Shown: positions 32,190 through 41,919 of the stretch, in pieces
How positions within the stretch are numbered: position 1 is the first letter of the stretch
Layout: each line of letters starts with the position of its first letter
DNA from: Gammaproteobacteria bacterium
GTDB lineage: Bacteria; Pseudomonadota; Gammaproteobacteria; UBA4575
Direction: 5' to 3'
Length of the DNA stretch: 64,000 nucleotides
NCBI GenBank assembly: GCA_965205275.1
Contig: OZ242168.1
Span: 756,068 to 820,067, forward strand
Position numbers and translations under genes: made by a program
The notes under the pieces: generated by a model
Seen by the model: only the letters and a program-made list of their open reading frames with translations
What the model was told of the DNA's origin: nothing
The model's database searches: none

Positions 32190-33037
32190 CTACCTTGTGT
32201 GTCCAATTCGCGGCACTGGAATCAGCGCAGGTGTAGAAGCCTGATAGTCACGGTAGCTGGGGTATTTGGAAGCTGATATTGATTCTGTAAGCCGCGTTGA
32301 CAGAATGAACATCAGCGTGAGAAAGATAAACCCGAGACCTGTCCAGTGCAGCCACTCGCTTGAAGCTGCTACCGCAAACAGATAAAAGACCCACCACATA
32401 GCAATTTCGCAGAAGTAATTGGGATGACGGCAATAGCGATAGAGGCCGGTTGTGATGAAGGGTTGGACGACCTCTTCACCCGCAGCAATATGCCGTTTCT
32501 TATCCTGCTGAAACCTCCACATCTGTTCGTCGGCTATGGCCTCAATGATAAACAGCACCAGGAACACCGTGGCTACAACTGCATCAAGCCAATTCAACGG
32601 TGTTTCGTGCCATAACCAAACCTGGTGAATTGGCGATGTGAATAACCAAACCAGCAACATTTGTCCAGGTACGATAAAGACGATGTTAAGTAACTGAAAT
32701 CCAACCGGACCGACACGTTCTCGAATAACCGCCCACCTGTAATCCTCGCCACCCTTCTTAAACCCACCCTTGCGGGCGTAATTGAACGTCAATCGTGCCC
32801 CCAAAGGAAGACAAGTGCCGTCATGAGGTTCGCGCGCCCTGAGGCAAACCCGCTTGTATTCGCCACCAGCACACAGTAAATCACTGGGCAGATCGGCCAA
32901 ATGCGATCTACCCAAGAATATTCACGAGTACTAACCGAAAGCAACCATGCGCCAATCGAGAGAATTACGCATAGATCAAGGGCTAAACCGAACGGTGTAC
33001 CCGTTAATGAGTGGTTGAAGAGGTTGATGGCATCCAT
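32190..33037 (-). pseudogene. DUF1295/ICMT-like membrane methyltransferase family gene, frameshifted
   Basis: The N-terminal piece (32789..33037) and the main piece (32190..32915; KGGEDYRW..., CRHPNYF motif) are in different frames. Confidence 0.55.
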
Positions 33038-33249
33038 ATTCTAGCTTCTTCAAACAGGTGTGTGTTGGGTACAGACGATTTGTAATGTTATAGGGGTATT
33101 TTGCAGATGGGATAACTGAAGCGAGTGTCGATATATTTCGACTATACTTTCTGGCTAAAGGTATGTAAATCGCAGGCTTGAAGAGACAATTAGCTCAGCC
33201 GCACACTGTTTTCACAGCGCTGTATATTTGCCTCCCTGAACATCCTTTC

Positions 33250-33969
33250 TCAACTTTGACCGTAGGCGACCGGGAGGTAGTAATCCACTTCCGATGCGCC
33301 ATACCCGATCAGGTCGCATAGCCGGCGCCGACATTCCTGCGCTGTCGCGCCTCTTCGTTTCCATACCGGTACACGCTTCATCAATGTCTCAACACGCTCC
33401 CTGGGAGTAATAATCCAGGTATCCTGCGAAACCTCACCAAAGAAAAAATCCGCAGCACAAACCTGCAGGGCCTTGGGCTTCATGTATAACGCAAGAATCA
33501 GGACCTTGCCGGCACCACTGTCCATCAGGTATTCAGAGAGAAGCTGCAGTGTACCACCTCCATCTCCCAGATCATCGATAAGCAATACGGTTTGCCGCTT
33601 GACCGGTATGGGAATTTCATTCTGTATCAAGGGTTTGTCATACTGTTCTCCAGGTCCCTTGTAACCCGATACCCCGATCGCCCCAAACTGGATTTTCGAG
33701 GTGACAGCGTGGCACCCTCCTACCAGATGGTCGTAGAGCAAAATACCCGGTAACAATCCGCCCATCGTGACCATCAATGCCCTGGTGATTTCGTCCTGTT
33801 TCCCTTTCATTCGCTCTTGGTAATCATGGACCTGTCGGGCAAGCTCGAAACATACCGCTACCTCGACATCGTCTGGAACCAGCAGGAAACTCAACTCATC
33901 ATCCGGGACTTCCACACCAGTGGGGTTTCGCCAGTATTCAAGGTCGATGCAATCTTTGGTTTGTTTCAT
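33250..33969 (-). CDS. phosphoribosyltransferase-domain protein with N-terminal extension
   Basis: 239 aa. Type-I PRTase PRPP-binding motif VLLIDDLGDGGGT. About 100 aa of N-terminal extension without Cys pairs, so not ComF-like. Confidence 0.55.
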   Translation of the reverse strand: MKQTKDCIDLEYWRNPTGVEVPDDELSFLLVPDDVEVAVCFELARQVHDYQERMKGKQDEITRALMVTMGGLLPGILLYDHLVGGCHAVTSKIQFGAIGVSGYKGPGEQYDKPLIQNEIPIPVKRQTVLLIDDLGDGGGTLQLLSEYLMDSGAGKVLILALYMKPKALQVCAADFFFGEVSQDTWIITPRERVETLMKRVPVWKRRGATAQECRRRLCDLIGYGASEVDYYLPVAYGQS

Positions 33970-34212
33970 TTGGAGTTCTGAAGATCAATGGAGATGTTTT
34001 TCTGCCAATGCATCGCATACTACAGATTCTGGATGATTACACGGCTGGCACTCACGAGAGACCAAGTCTGGATATCCGGGATACTTGCTTTCCGTATATC
34101 GTAGTCTTTGCCATCCATGGCATCTTTGGTACTGCCTTACTTTCTTGAGGCCTCATAATATAGAAATACCAGTAACCTACCTAACCTTGAAAAATAACAA
34201 TGAGACTAGACT

Positions 34213-37200
34213 CTACACAGAATCAGGATCCGAAGAAAAAACCCACTCTCGCCATCCGCCTAAAAGCGGAAAGTAAAGGCCCAGCCGAATCGGGCTTCCT
34301 TCCATTTTACTCATGATGCTTGCATAACGCTCCAGTTGTCCACGGTAGCGTTTCTGTTCCTGGTCCAGAAACTCATCAAGCTTGCCGGTATGGGTACTTG
34401 CCTTGTAATCAATGATCCAGCGTATACCTTGTTTATCCACGAATGTCCGATCGATGACTATGTGGTCTATACAGCCGTTGCCTCGACCACTCAGCGCCAG
34501 TTCGCAACTTGCTTTCTCGTGTGCTCCGCTCAAAACCCACCGGCCCCGCTCATCTTCCAGCGTCGCCTTCAGGGCTTTACGCACCTCTGCGACCGCGACC
34601 TCAAGGTAGCCCTTGGGGACTGTCATGCGTATCAGCATCTTGCGACCGATCTGCTCGAAACGAAGCAACTCGCCTGAGTCGAAATGCTCAATACCGATTG
34701 CCCCGATATGCTGAAGCAGTCGATGCACAACCGTGCCCACACACCTTGCCGTCTCTCCTGCCCAGTCAAACTTGATCACCTCACGCCCCTGCGTATCCTC
34801 CTTCACCGCAACGTCAGGGAGTTGAACCGGCTCCGGGGGAACTGGCAATGACCATTCCAGTGCCAGCCGGGTCCGCACGGGAGTATCGGCTGCTGGCCTG
34901 GCCCCATCTTCCAATGACGACACGCTATTGTCCGGCTGCCTGGTAAAATAGCCTTCACGGAAAGACTCAAAGTCCTTCGGCATGGCCCCTGAACCCAAGC
35001 GTTCAGGAGAGGGCCTGTCAAACTGACCCCTGCGCCACTGGGCCCAACCGGCTTCCACCGCAGACCACAGTCGTGCCAACAGGGAACTCTCCAGCGGGCT
35101 CTTCAGTTCATTGCCATGCTCCTGAATACCAGCATACCCAAAAAGATGCAGCCGTCGCTTGGCCCGGGTCGCAGCCACGTACAGCAAGCGACCCTCTTCA
35201 AAGCGTTCTTTTATTTTATTCAGGTACTGCAGGCATGTCGCGACCGAACCTTTATCTTCACCGTATGCACTGACCGGGGCAAGAAGAAGGTCACTGCCCC
35301 CTGACTCACAACCATACTCCAGCCAGTACAGCAGTTTTTCGTTATCCTGTCGCGGGAGGCGTGATAACCCGGGCAGGAGCACCGTATCGAACTCAAGTCC
35401 TTTCGCTTTATGGATCGTCATCAACTGAACGGAACCGTCTGCCTCGGCATCCGGCAGGGCAAACAACTGTTCAACCTGTTTACCAAAATCGTGAATGTCC
35501 GGCACATCCCCTTCACTGCCAAGTTCTTCAAGCCGCTGAAAAAATACTTCTCCGTTCTCAAGGTCCATACTCGTCACACAGGCCGGGCCACCCAGTGTGA
35601 CCCATACGCCCTCAACGTTGCTTCGAAGAGGGCGACGCGCCTGCTCTGACAGCGCCGTATTCAGTACCGGTAATACCCGGGCGATACGGACTTGACCCTC
35701 GTCGCTCAGTTGCTTGATACGTGGCTCCTCGCGGAGCAGATCGATAATTGTCCGATCCAAGGCGTCTCCTGCCAGGGTGTAGAGGTCTGCAAGCGTCAAC
35801 CCGCAATACGGTGCACGAAGCACCGCCAGCCACGCAATACGGTCATGGACATGACTCAATGCCCGGGTCAGTGCCATCAGATCCTGAATAACTGGACGAT
35901 GTGACAGCCGCTCAATTTCCACAGCCTGAAACCGGAGTCCGGCATGCTTGAGTTGCCCCGCGATTTCCACCAGATGGGAGCGGGCCCGAACAAGAATTGC
36001 GATTGTATTGTCCGGATGCTCTGCCCGGGTCTGCTCCACAATCGACACGACCTCGCGCGCCTCTGAAATGTCATCACGTTCGAGTGACGGGTATACCGTA
36101 ACGGCACCTGTGGCCAGTGGCGGGTGAAAGGATGTCGATTCTGCATAGGATACGGCACCCGTGTTGACGTTATCCTGTTCCGCCAGTACCTTTGGGAAAT
36201 GCTCGTTGATCCAGTCAACAATCCCCTGCTGTGAACGGAAATTGACGGAGAGACGGAGAGGCTTAAGCCGGATCTGGCCAATTCCGTGTTCTTTCGTAGC
36301 GAGAAACAGCCCGACTTCCGCTTCCCGGAACCGATAAATGGACTGCATGGGGTCCCCGACCACGAACAGGGTATGACCATCCTTCGGATGCCAGCCTGCC
36401 GTCAACCGCCTGAGCAATTCGTACTGACTGAGCGAGGTGTCCTGAAACTCATCCACCAGCAAGTGCTGTATACGGTAGTCCAGTGCCAATGCAAGGTCTG
36501 TGGGGGCTTCCGGCTCGCCCAGGGCCGTGATGGCTGCCCCGACCAGGGCCGTGAAATCCACCTGTCCCCGTTTACTGAACACAAGTTCCAGATGCGCCGA
36601 AGCAATGCGTAACACTTGGACCAGGGCCTGCAGGGTCTCCCAGTCATCATCGTCATACCGGTGGTCGGGCAACTTTCGTAACAGGATCAGTTGTTCGTGT
36701 AAGGCACCCTCGTTTTCCAGCAACTGCACGAATGTCGCCATGTCTTCCTTCATCGCTTCGAAATATGCCTTTTCAGCCTTGTCACAGCCGCTGCTCTTCG
36801 GCGGAAACCCCTGCTTTTTTGTCCAGGCCCTGCGCCAGGAACCACCCTGGGTCAACAACAACTCCGCAAGCCCTTCCCACTGCCTGCGGTCTTTCAACTG
36901 TGATCCCGGCAGGTTTTCAAGATTGCAGCAACAGCCCATGGCAGAATCTTCTCCCGGCGGCAAATGCCTGGCAGCGAAGCGGGCCATGCGGATCAGTTCC
37001 GGAACCCGCTTGCGAGGGAAGCGCCTGGCCAGTTCACCCAATGCATCCGTAACCAGACGCGCCATCGCCGCTTCAAGCTTTTTCCGCTCCAGTTTCGGGT
37101 CATTCGGATCTGCGATGTGGCGCAACCATTGATCCCGATAGCCAAGCATGGTTGAAATCAGGGCCTGCAGCCGGTCCAGCCGGTTATCCAGACGTTGCAC

Positions 37201-37731
37201 CAGGTGCGCGACAGAATCCGACCACCCGGCTCCTGATTCCAGTTCTGAAATGATATTTCTCGCTGCCTCACGATAAAGCAGCTCAGCATCTTCGGTAATA
37301 GCCGGCAGCGAGCCAAATCCGGACAGTACGGGCATCTGGCGTGCCAGGGCCACACAGAGGGAGTCAATGGTCTGGATACGAAGACGCCCCGGATTGTCAA
37401 GCAACTGCCAGCCCTTCTCGGTATCATGATCGAGTGCCTGACGGGCGAGCTTCCAGGTGTGACGTTCGTGCCCGTCCTCGGGAATCTCCTCACTCCTGGC
37501 AGACTCCAGGGCCTGCAAGATCCGCTGGCGCATTTCGCCGGCCGCCTTGCGGGTAAAAGTGATTGCTACAATCTCCTCCGGTGCTTCAACGCCTGCAAGA
37601 AGCACAAGAAGGCGCTGCATCAGCAATCCGGTTTTCCCGGAGCCTGCCGGTGCCTGTACGATGAATGATGAGGACGGGTCCAGCGCATGTGCGCGGGCCT
37701 TCTGATCGGCAATTCCTTTCTGTCTGCTCAT
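34213..37731 (-). CDS. addA: ATP-dependent helicase/nuclease AddA-like (UvrD/Rep-family SF1A helicase with C-terminal RecB nuclease)
   Basis: 1172 aa. Walker A APAGSGKTG at the N-terminus, UvrD-type motifs. C-terminal PD-(D/E)xK nuclease (...IDHIVID...WIIDYKAS...). Follows addB with overlapping stop/start. Confidence 0.75.
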   Translation of the reverse strand: MSRQKGIADQKARAHALDPSSSFIVQAPAGSGKTGLLMQRLLVLLAGVEAPEEIVAITFTRKAAGEMRQRILQALESARSEEIPEDGHERHTWKLARQALDHDTEKGWQLLDNPGRLRIQTIDSLCVALARQMPVLSGFGSLPAITEDAELLYREAARNIISELESGAGWSDSVAHLVQRLDNRLDRLQALISTMLGYRDQWLRHIADPNDPKLERKKLEAAMARLVTDALGELARRFPRKRVPELIRMARFAARHLPPGEDSAMGCCCNLENLPGSQLKDRRQWEGLAELLLTQGGSWRRAWTKKQGFPPKSSGCDKAEKAYFEAMKEDMATFVQLLENEGALHEQLILLRKLPDHRYDDDDWETLQALVQVLRIASAHLELVFSKRGQVDFTALVGAAITALGEPEAPTDLALALDYRIQHLLVDEFQDTSLSQYELLRRLTAGWHPKDGHTLFVVGDPMQSIYRFREAEVGLFLATKEHGIGQIRLKPLRLSVNFRSQQGIVDWINEHFPKVLAEQDNVNTGAVSYAESTSFHPPLATGAVTVYPSLERDDISEAREVVSIVEQTRAEHPDNTIAILVRARSHLVEIAGQLKHAGLRFQAVEIERLSHRPVIQDLMALTRALSHVHDRIAWLAVLRAPYCGLTLADLYTLAGDALDRTIIDLLREEPRIKQLSDEGQVRIARVLPVLNTALSEQARRPLRSNVEGVWVTLGGPACVTSMDLENGEVFFQRLEELGSEGDVPDIHDFGKQVEQLFALPDAEADGSVQLMTIHKAKGLEFDTVLLPGLSRLPRQDNEKLLYWLEYGCESGGSDLLLAPVSAYGEDKGSVATCLQYLNKIKERFEEGRLLYVAATRAKRRLHLFGYAGIQEHGNELKSPLESSLLARLWSAVEAGWAQWRRGQFDRPSPERLGSGAMPKDFESFREGYFTRQPDNSVSSLEDGARPAADTPVRTRLALEWSLPVPPEPVQLPDVAVKEDTQGREVIKFDWAGETARCVGTVVHRLLQHIGAIGIEHFDSGELLRFEQIGRKMLIRMTVPKGYLEVAVAEVRKALKATLEDERGRWVLSGAHEKASCELALSGRGNGCIDHIVIDRTFVDKQGIRWIIDYKASTHTGKLDEFLDQEQKRYRGQLERYASIMSKMEGSPIRLGLYFPLLGGWREWVFSSDPDSV

Positions 37732-40487
37732 GACCGACCCGTATCACCGGACTCGCTGTCCGGTACGTTCAATTCGCTGATGCGGCACAACGGCTTGAGA
37801 TCGCAGTGCGTACAGGTAGCCGGATAGCGCTTCGGATCAACCCGCGCATCCCCGTTGCGGTAAGCCTCGCCCAGCCCTTCCATGGTGGCACGCCAGTCGA
37901 GCAATACCTCCGGCCAGGAGCCTGCTTCGCGCGCCTCACGCAGCTTCTCCCAGGGCTTCACGCCTGCCACCAGTGTCTCGTTCTCAACGACGCCCCGAAA
38001 TCCCATATCACCTGCCTTCACTTGCGCAAACAGCAGGCCGGCAACCTCCCCATCCACCGCCAGGCTGTAGAGCGGCAATTGTGGCTCGTCCGGGCGCTTC
38101 CCAAACCACTGACTGGCCCTGACCTGCCCGGTCTTGTAATCAATAACCATCCGGCGACCGTCAGCCAGTTCGTCAATGCGATCAATTTTTAATCGAACCC
38201 GAACTCCTCCGGCCGTTGCCTCATGCCTTCCCTCCCGCTCGACAACCCGGAACGGCGCACGCTTTTTCTCCTGCTCCAGCCATTCAAGTACTTGCCGGCA
38301 CAGGCGCGCGGCCTCCATCTCCCGGAAGCCCCTGGTGAAGCTTCGGGGGTGCCTTTTGGTCATCTCATCGATCGTCTCGTCTACCGTGCTGCGCACCAAA
38401 GCCTTCAGTGCAGTGGCTTCCATGGCAATGAGTTGCTCGCTCGAGTCCAGTACACCCCATACTTTCTCAAGGATACGGTGCACCAGTAACCCGCGGGTCA
38501 TGGCATTCAGTCCGATATCTGCCTGCCGCAATGCACGCGCACCCAGCCGAAGTTCTGCAAAAGCACGAAAAGGACAGGCTGCCTGGAGCTTGAAGACAGC
38601 GCTCCCGCCCTTTGCCTGTTCATCTTCCAGGGGGGGAGCCGGATCTTCCTCCAATGTGATTAATCTGGCACTCCCGTGCACTGCATCCCGCCAGACTGGA
38701 ACTGGCCACAGCCGCAGGGCTTCAGGACCTGCAACCGGAAGGTGGACAACCAGAGGGCTGGGCCGCAGTTCCTCATCTCCACTGCGTTGCGGGTAACTCA
38801 CCACCACCTCGCAGGCACTTGCCAGCATCCGGCCGGTGACGGCCTGTGCAGCCTGAAGTTCCAGTGCTTCACTTGAATGCGGCAATCCGGCCTCCCGCTG
38901 TACTGGTAGCGGGATAAACGGGTTGGGTCGCGGGGACGCTGGCCAGATACCGTCATGAAGACCCATGGCCCACAGGCAATCAAACTGGAACCAGCTGGCC
39001 TGGAGCGTTCCCAGCACCTGCACCGGTACCGCCCCGGTCTGTGGCTGGAACATTCGTTCCCCGGCCATGCGCCGAAGCTGGTTCAGTGCAGTGGATGCGT
39101 GCATCGGTTTTGCCACCGGTTCCAGAGAGGCAAAACCAACCAGAAGTTCCCGCCATGCCTCTGCGCTCTGGTACTCCTCGCTTGACAGGGGACGCCCCTT
39201 TGCCCATCCGATTGCCGCCAGTAACCCTGCAAACCGTTCCGACCACTGTCCCGGACTGTCGGTACGCGGGCAATCCCAGGCAGCCCTGGCCCAGACGTCA
39301 AGATGCGCCACCAGCACCGGGCATGACCAGGCTCTGTCAGTTCGGGATGCATGGTAGCGCAATGTCTTGAACTCCACATCCAGCTCGCCTGCTTCGCGCA
39401 ATCGCCCATCCAGCAGTGCCCGGGCACTGGCTTCCTGCTCCCATCCGGCAATAAACGGTGAACACAGCAATCGGCCCGCATCTTCCAGGCTGATGACCGG
39501 TTCCAGCAATCCGAGCAGCCTCAATGCGGTGCTTACAACAGGATACCGGCTCAACGGCAGGCCAAGCGAGAGATTGTAGGGCCGTGTGACGGACTGAAAC
39601 CCCGGTTGCATGGCCTGAGGCACCAGGATCTCATCCAGCGCATGAACCACGAGGTCCCGCTTTGCTGCGAACTCCGGAACCACGACACCTACCTTCGTGG
39701 CGGGATTTTCTTCAAGCCGCTGGCGTACCCATCGGGCCATGTCTCTGGCTTCCTGACGTACATCCGTGCACGCAATCCTCATTGTCTGACTTTCCCTGCC
39801 TGCAGGTCGCATCCAGCGTACCCTGCAACCTGACTCGACCAGCGTTTGCAACAGAGACTGCTGTTGGGGCGCCAGTTCATCGAAACCAATCAATACGAGT
39901 TCTGCCGGCACAGCCAATGCCCCGGCCTGCGCACTGCACTGAAGTTCGTCTGCAAGACGGGCGACAGGCAGCCAGCCCTTCTCCCTGCACCGGGCCTCGA
40001 ATCCTGATGCCCATTTAAAAAATGCTGCACTGTCCCGGTTGTACCGGAATATCTCTTTGGTCAATGACAACTGCCACGACTGTACCCATTGCCATGCCTC
40101 CTGCGCCTGGTGCACCGTTCCCGCTACCTGCTGCAATGGCTGCTCCGCCATGCTCTCAATAATGATGTCTTCCCATATACGCTGCTCCTGCTGGGGTGTC
40201 AGCAAGAGTTCAGGTGGTGCAGCGGCACCCGAAACCACGGCCTCTTCCCAGACACTTTGCAGCCAGGCAGACCAGGGTAATACACGCGGGGTTGGCCAGA
40301 CTTCAAGTCCCTCACCAACCGCCGCCTGTTCAAACGCCTGACGCGTGACCGCCGCCAGACGTTTGTTTCCGGTAACAACGGTTGCCCCGCGGTTCAGGGC
40401 ATCAAATACATCCTTCAAAGAAGCTGTCTGCTGTCCAACCACACCTACCCCCTGTCCCAGTATTTTTTCCGTATCATGACCGCTCAC
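37728..40487 (-). CDS. addB: AddB-like helicase-nuclease subunit (proteobacterial type)
   Basis: 919 aa. C-terminal RecB-like nuclease (...RIDRIDEL...MVIDYKTGQ...) plus a Cys cluster (CTHCDLKPLC) typical of the AddB Fe-S domain. Immediately upstream of addA. Confidence 0.7.
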   Translation of the reverse strand: MSGHDTEKILGQGVGVVGQQTASLKDVFDALNRGATVVTGNKRLAAVTRQAFEQAAVGEGLEVWPTPRVLPWSAWLQSVWEEAVVSGAAAPPELLLTPQQEQRIWEDIIIESMAEQPLQQVAGTVHQAQEAWQWVQSWQLSLTKEIFRYNRDSAAFFKWASGFEARCREKGWLPVARLADELQCSAQAGALAVPAELVLIGFDELAPQQQSLLQTLVESGCRVRWMRPAGRESQTMRIACTDVRQEARDMARWVRQRLEENPATKVGVVVPEFAAKRDLVVHALDEILVPQAMQPGFQSVTRPYNLSLGLPLSRYPVVSTALRLLGLLEPVISLEDAGRLLCSPFIAGWEQEASARALLDGRLREAGELDVEFKTLRYHASRTDRAWSCPVLVAHLDVWARAAWDCPRTDSPGQWSERFAGLLAAIGWAKGRPLSSEEYQSAEAWRELLVGFASLEPVAKPMHASTALNQLRRMAGERMFQPQTGAVPVQVLGTLQASWFQFDCLWAMGLHDGIWPASPRPNPFIPLPVQREAGLPHSSEALELQAAQAVTGRMLASACEVVVSYPQRSGDEELRPSPLVVHLPVAGPEALRLWPVPVWRDAVHGSARLITLEEDPAPPLEDEQAKGGSAVFKLQAACPFRAFAELRLGARALRQADIGLNAMTRGLLVHRILEKVWGVLDSSEQLIAMEATALKALVRSTVDETIDEMTKRHPRSFTRGFREMEAARLCRQVLEWLEQEKKRAPFRVVEREGRHEATAGGVRVRLKIDRIDELADGRRMVIDYKTGQVRASQWFGKRPDEPQLPLYSLAVDGEVAGLLFAQVKAGDMGFRGVVENETLVAGVKPWEKLREAREAGSWPEVLLDWRATMEGLGEAYRNGDARVDPKRYPATCTHCDLKPLCRISELNVPDSESGDTGRS

Positions 40488-40851
40488 AGAGCCGTTGCTT
40501 CGTTTATTTCACTGGTGATTATAGCTTGACGGATAGCGGGATGGTGCCGGCATAAACGGTTATGCATTGGAAAAGCATACGGCCACATAAGCCTGCGGCC
40601 TTTCGCCTGCCTGATATGTCAACGGAAACGGGTAAGGGCTGGTGCTGTAAACGCACTGTCCGTACATGCATGTTAGTGCGCCTTGCAATGTGCCTGGCGT
40701 TTCCCGATCATTTCTGATCACGCTGCCGAAGCGGGGAGATGTTTCCTTTCAGAGAATCGGCACCGGTCACCGTCAGGCATTGGATGCATGGACGGTTCAG
40801 AAACCGGATAGGGGATATTAAAACGGCCAGTACTGAATCCGCACTGGATGC

Positions 40852-41325
40852 CTACTCGTGCATTTGCTCCTGCAGATAGTTCTGAATTCCAACTTTATCA
40901 ACGAGCTCAAGCTGGGTTTCCAGCCAGTCAATATGTTCTTCCTCGGATTCAAGGATGTCCTCGAAAAGCTCACGGCTCACAAAATCATTGATGGATTCCG
41001 AATAGGAGATGGATTCCCGAAGGGTCGGTATCGCTTCCATTTCCAGTTTCAGGTCGCACTCCAGCATTTCCTTCGGATTTTCGCCTACGTAAAGTTTTCC
41101 GATGTCCTGTAAGTTTGGCAGCCCTTCGAGGAACAGAATTCGCTCAATCAGCTTGTCGGCATGTTTCATCTCGTCAATGGATTCGGAGTGCTCATGCTCG
41201 GCAATGCGGTGCAAACCCTGGTCCCTGTACATCTTGGCATGAAGGAAATACTGGTTGATCGCCGTCAATTCGTTCTTCAGCACACGGTTCAGGCAGGCGA
41301 TTATTTCTGTGTTCTCTGGCTGCAT
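40852..41325 (-). CDS. bfr: bacterioferritin
   Basis: Ferritin-like di-iron residues in the ...ELTAINQYFLHAKMY... and ...EHEHSESIDEM... regions. Start placed at the internal Met (MQPENTEII); the ORF track extends to 41415. Confidence 0.8.
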   Translation of the reverse strand: MQPENTEIIACLNRVLKNELTAINQYFLHAKMYRDQGLHRIAEHEHSESIDEMKHADKLIERILFLEGLPNLQDIGKLYVGENPKEMLECDLKLEMEAIPTLRESISYSESINDFVSRELFEDILESEEEHIDWLETQLELVDKVGIQNYLQEQMHE

Positions 41326-41435
41326 TGGATTCTTGATGTTTTCAAAGTTTACGTACTTATAATTATACATGAAGCAAAAGTGGATATACAGGACTGGACT
41401 GCTGCTGTGCCGCACTGCTGCTCACCTGCAATATC

Positions 41436-41481
41436 GGTAATGAGAATTACTATTGTTCGTGGTTGTAATTAACAATCATTC
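41436..41481. promoter_or_regulatory. possible Fur-box-like AT-rich repeats in the bfr/bfd divergent promoter region
   Basis: taatgagaattactattg and gtaattaacaatcattcg each match about 12-13 of 19 positions of GATAATGATAATCATTATC. Not verified. Confidence 0.25.
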
Positions 41482-41501
41482 GTGTTTATAATTCATGCAC
41501 G

Positions 41502-41720
41502 ATGTACGTCTGTTTATGTCATGCAGTGAAAGAAGCCGAGATTATCGCAGCAGTCGCGGACGGCTGTGATACGCTTGAAGCCCTTGGCAAAACCCTTAGG
41601 GTAGGAACCAGCTGCGGAATCTGCCGCTCCGAGGCACAGTCGATTATAGACTCTACTCTAGAATACAGCCTTAAAGATATGAATATACTGGAGTTTCATT
41701 CCAAAAGCGTAGCCGCTTAA
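41502..41720 (+). CDS. bfd: bacterioferritin-associated ferredoxin (2Fe-2S)
   Basis: 72 aa. CLCHAV...GTSCGIC cysteine pattern typical of Bfd. Confidence 0.8.
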   Translation: MYVCLCHAVKEAEIIAAVADGCDTLEALGKTLRVGTSCGICRSEAQSIIDSTLEYSLKDMNILEFHSKSVAA

Positions 41721-41919
41721 GCGCTAGCCTGACCTGACAAACCCCTTTCGCTCTCATCATTGAAGCCATAGAACCGCCCGGAAACACGGACGGATAAAAC
41801 CCCGTCGCCAGGCCCCCTGACTTGTTAACGTAATATGTGCTTGCCTTGATTGATGGGCTGGATCTGTATCATGCTACCCTCCCCCAGGATCTCAGCTGTT
41901 TTCAGATAGAATTTAAATC

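Noticed and set aside
34336-40341. Numerous 60-230-aa ORFs on the + strand inside addA/addB (for example 36500..37132, 38176..38796, 38965..39357)
   Set aside because: Antisense to long, motif-rich helicase-nuclease genes. Pro/Arg/Ser-rich translations are characteristic of out-of-frame high-GC sequence.
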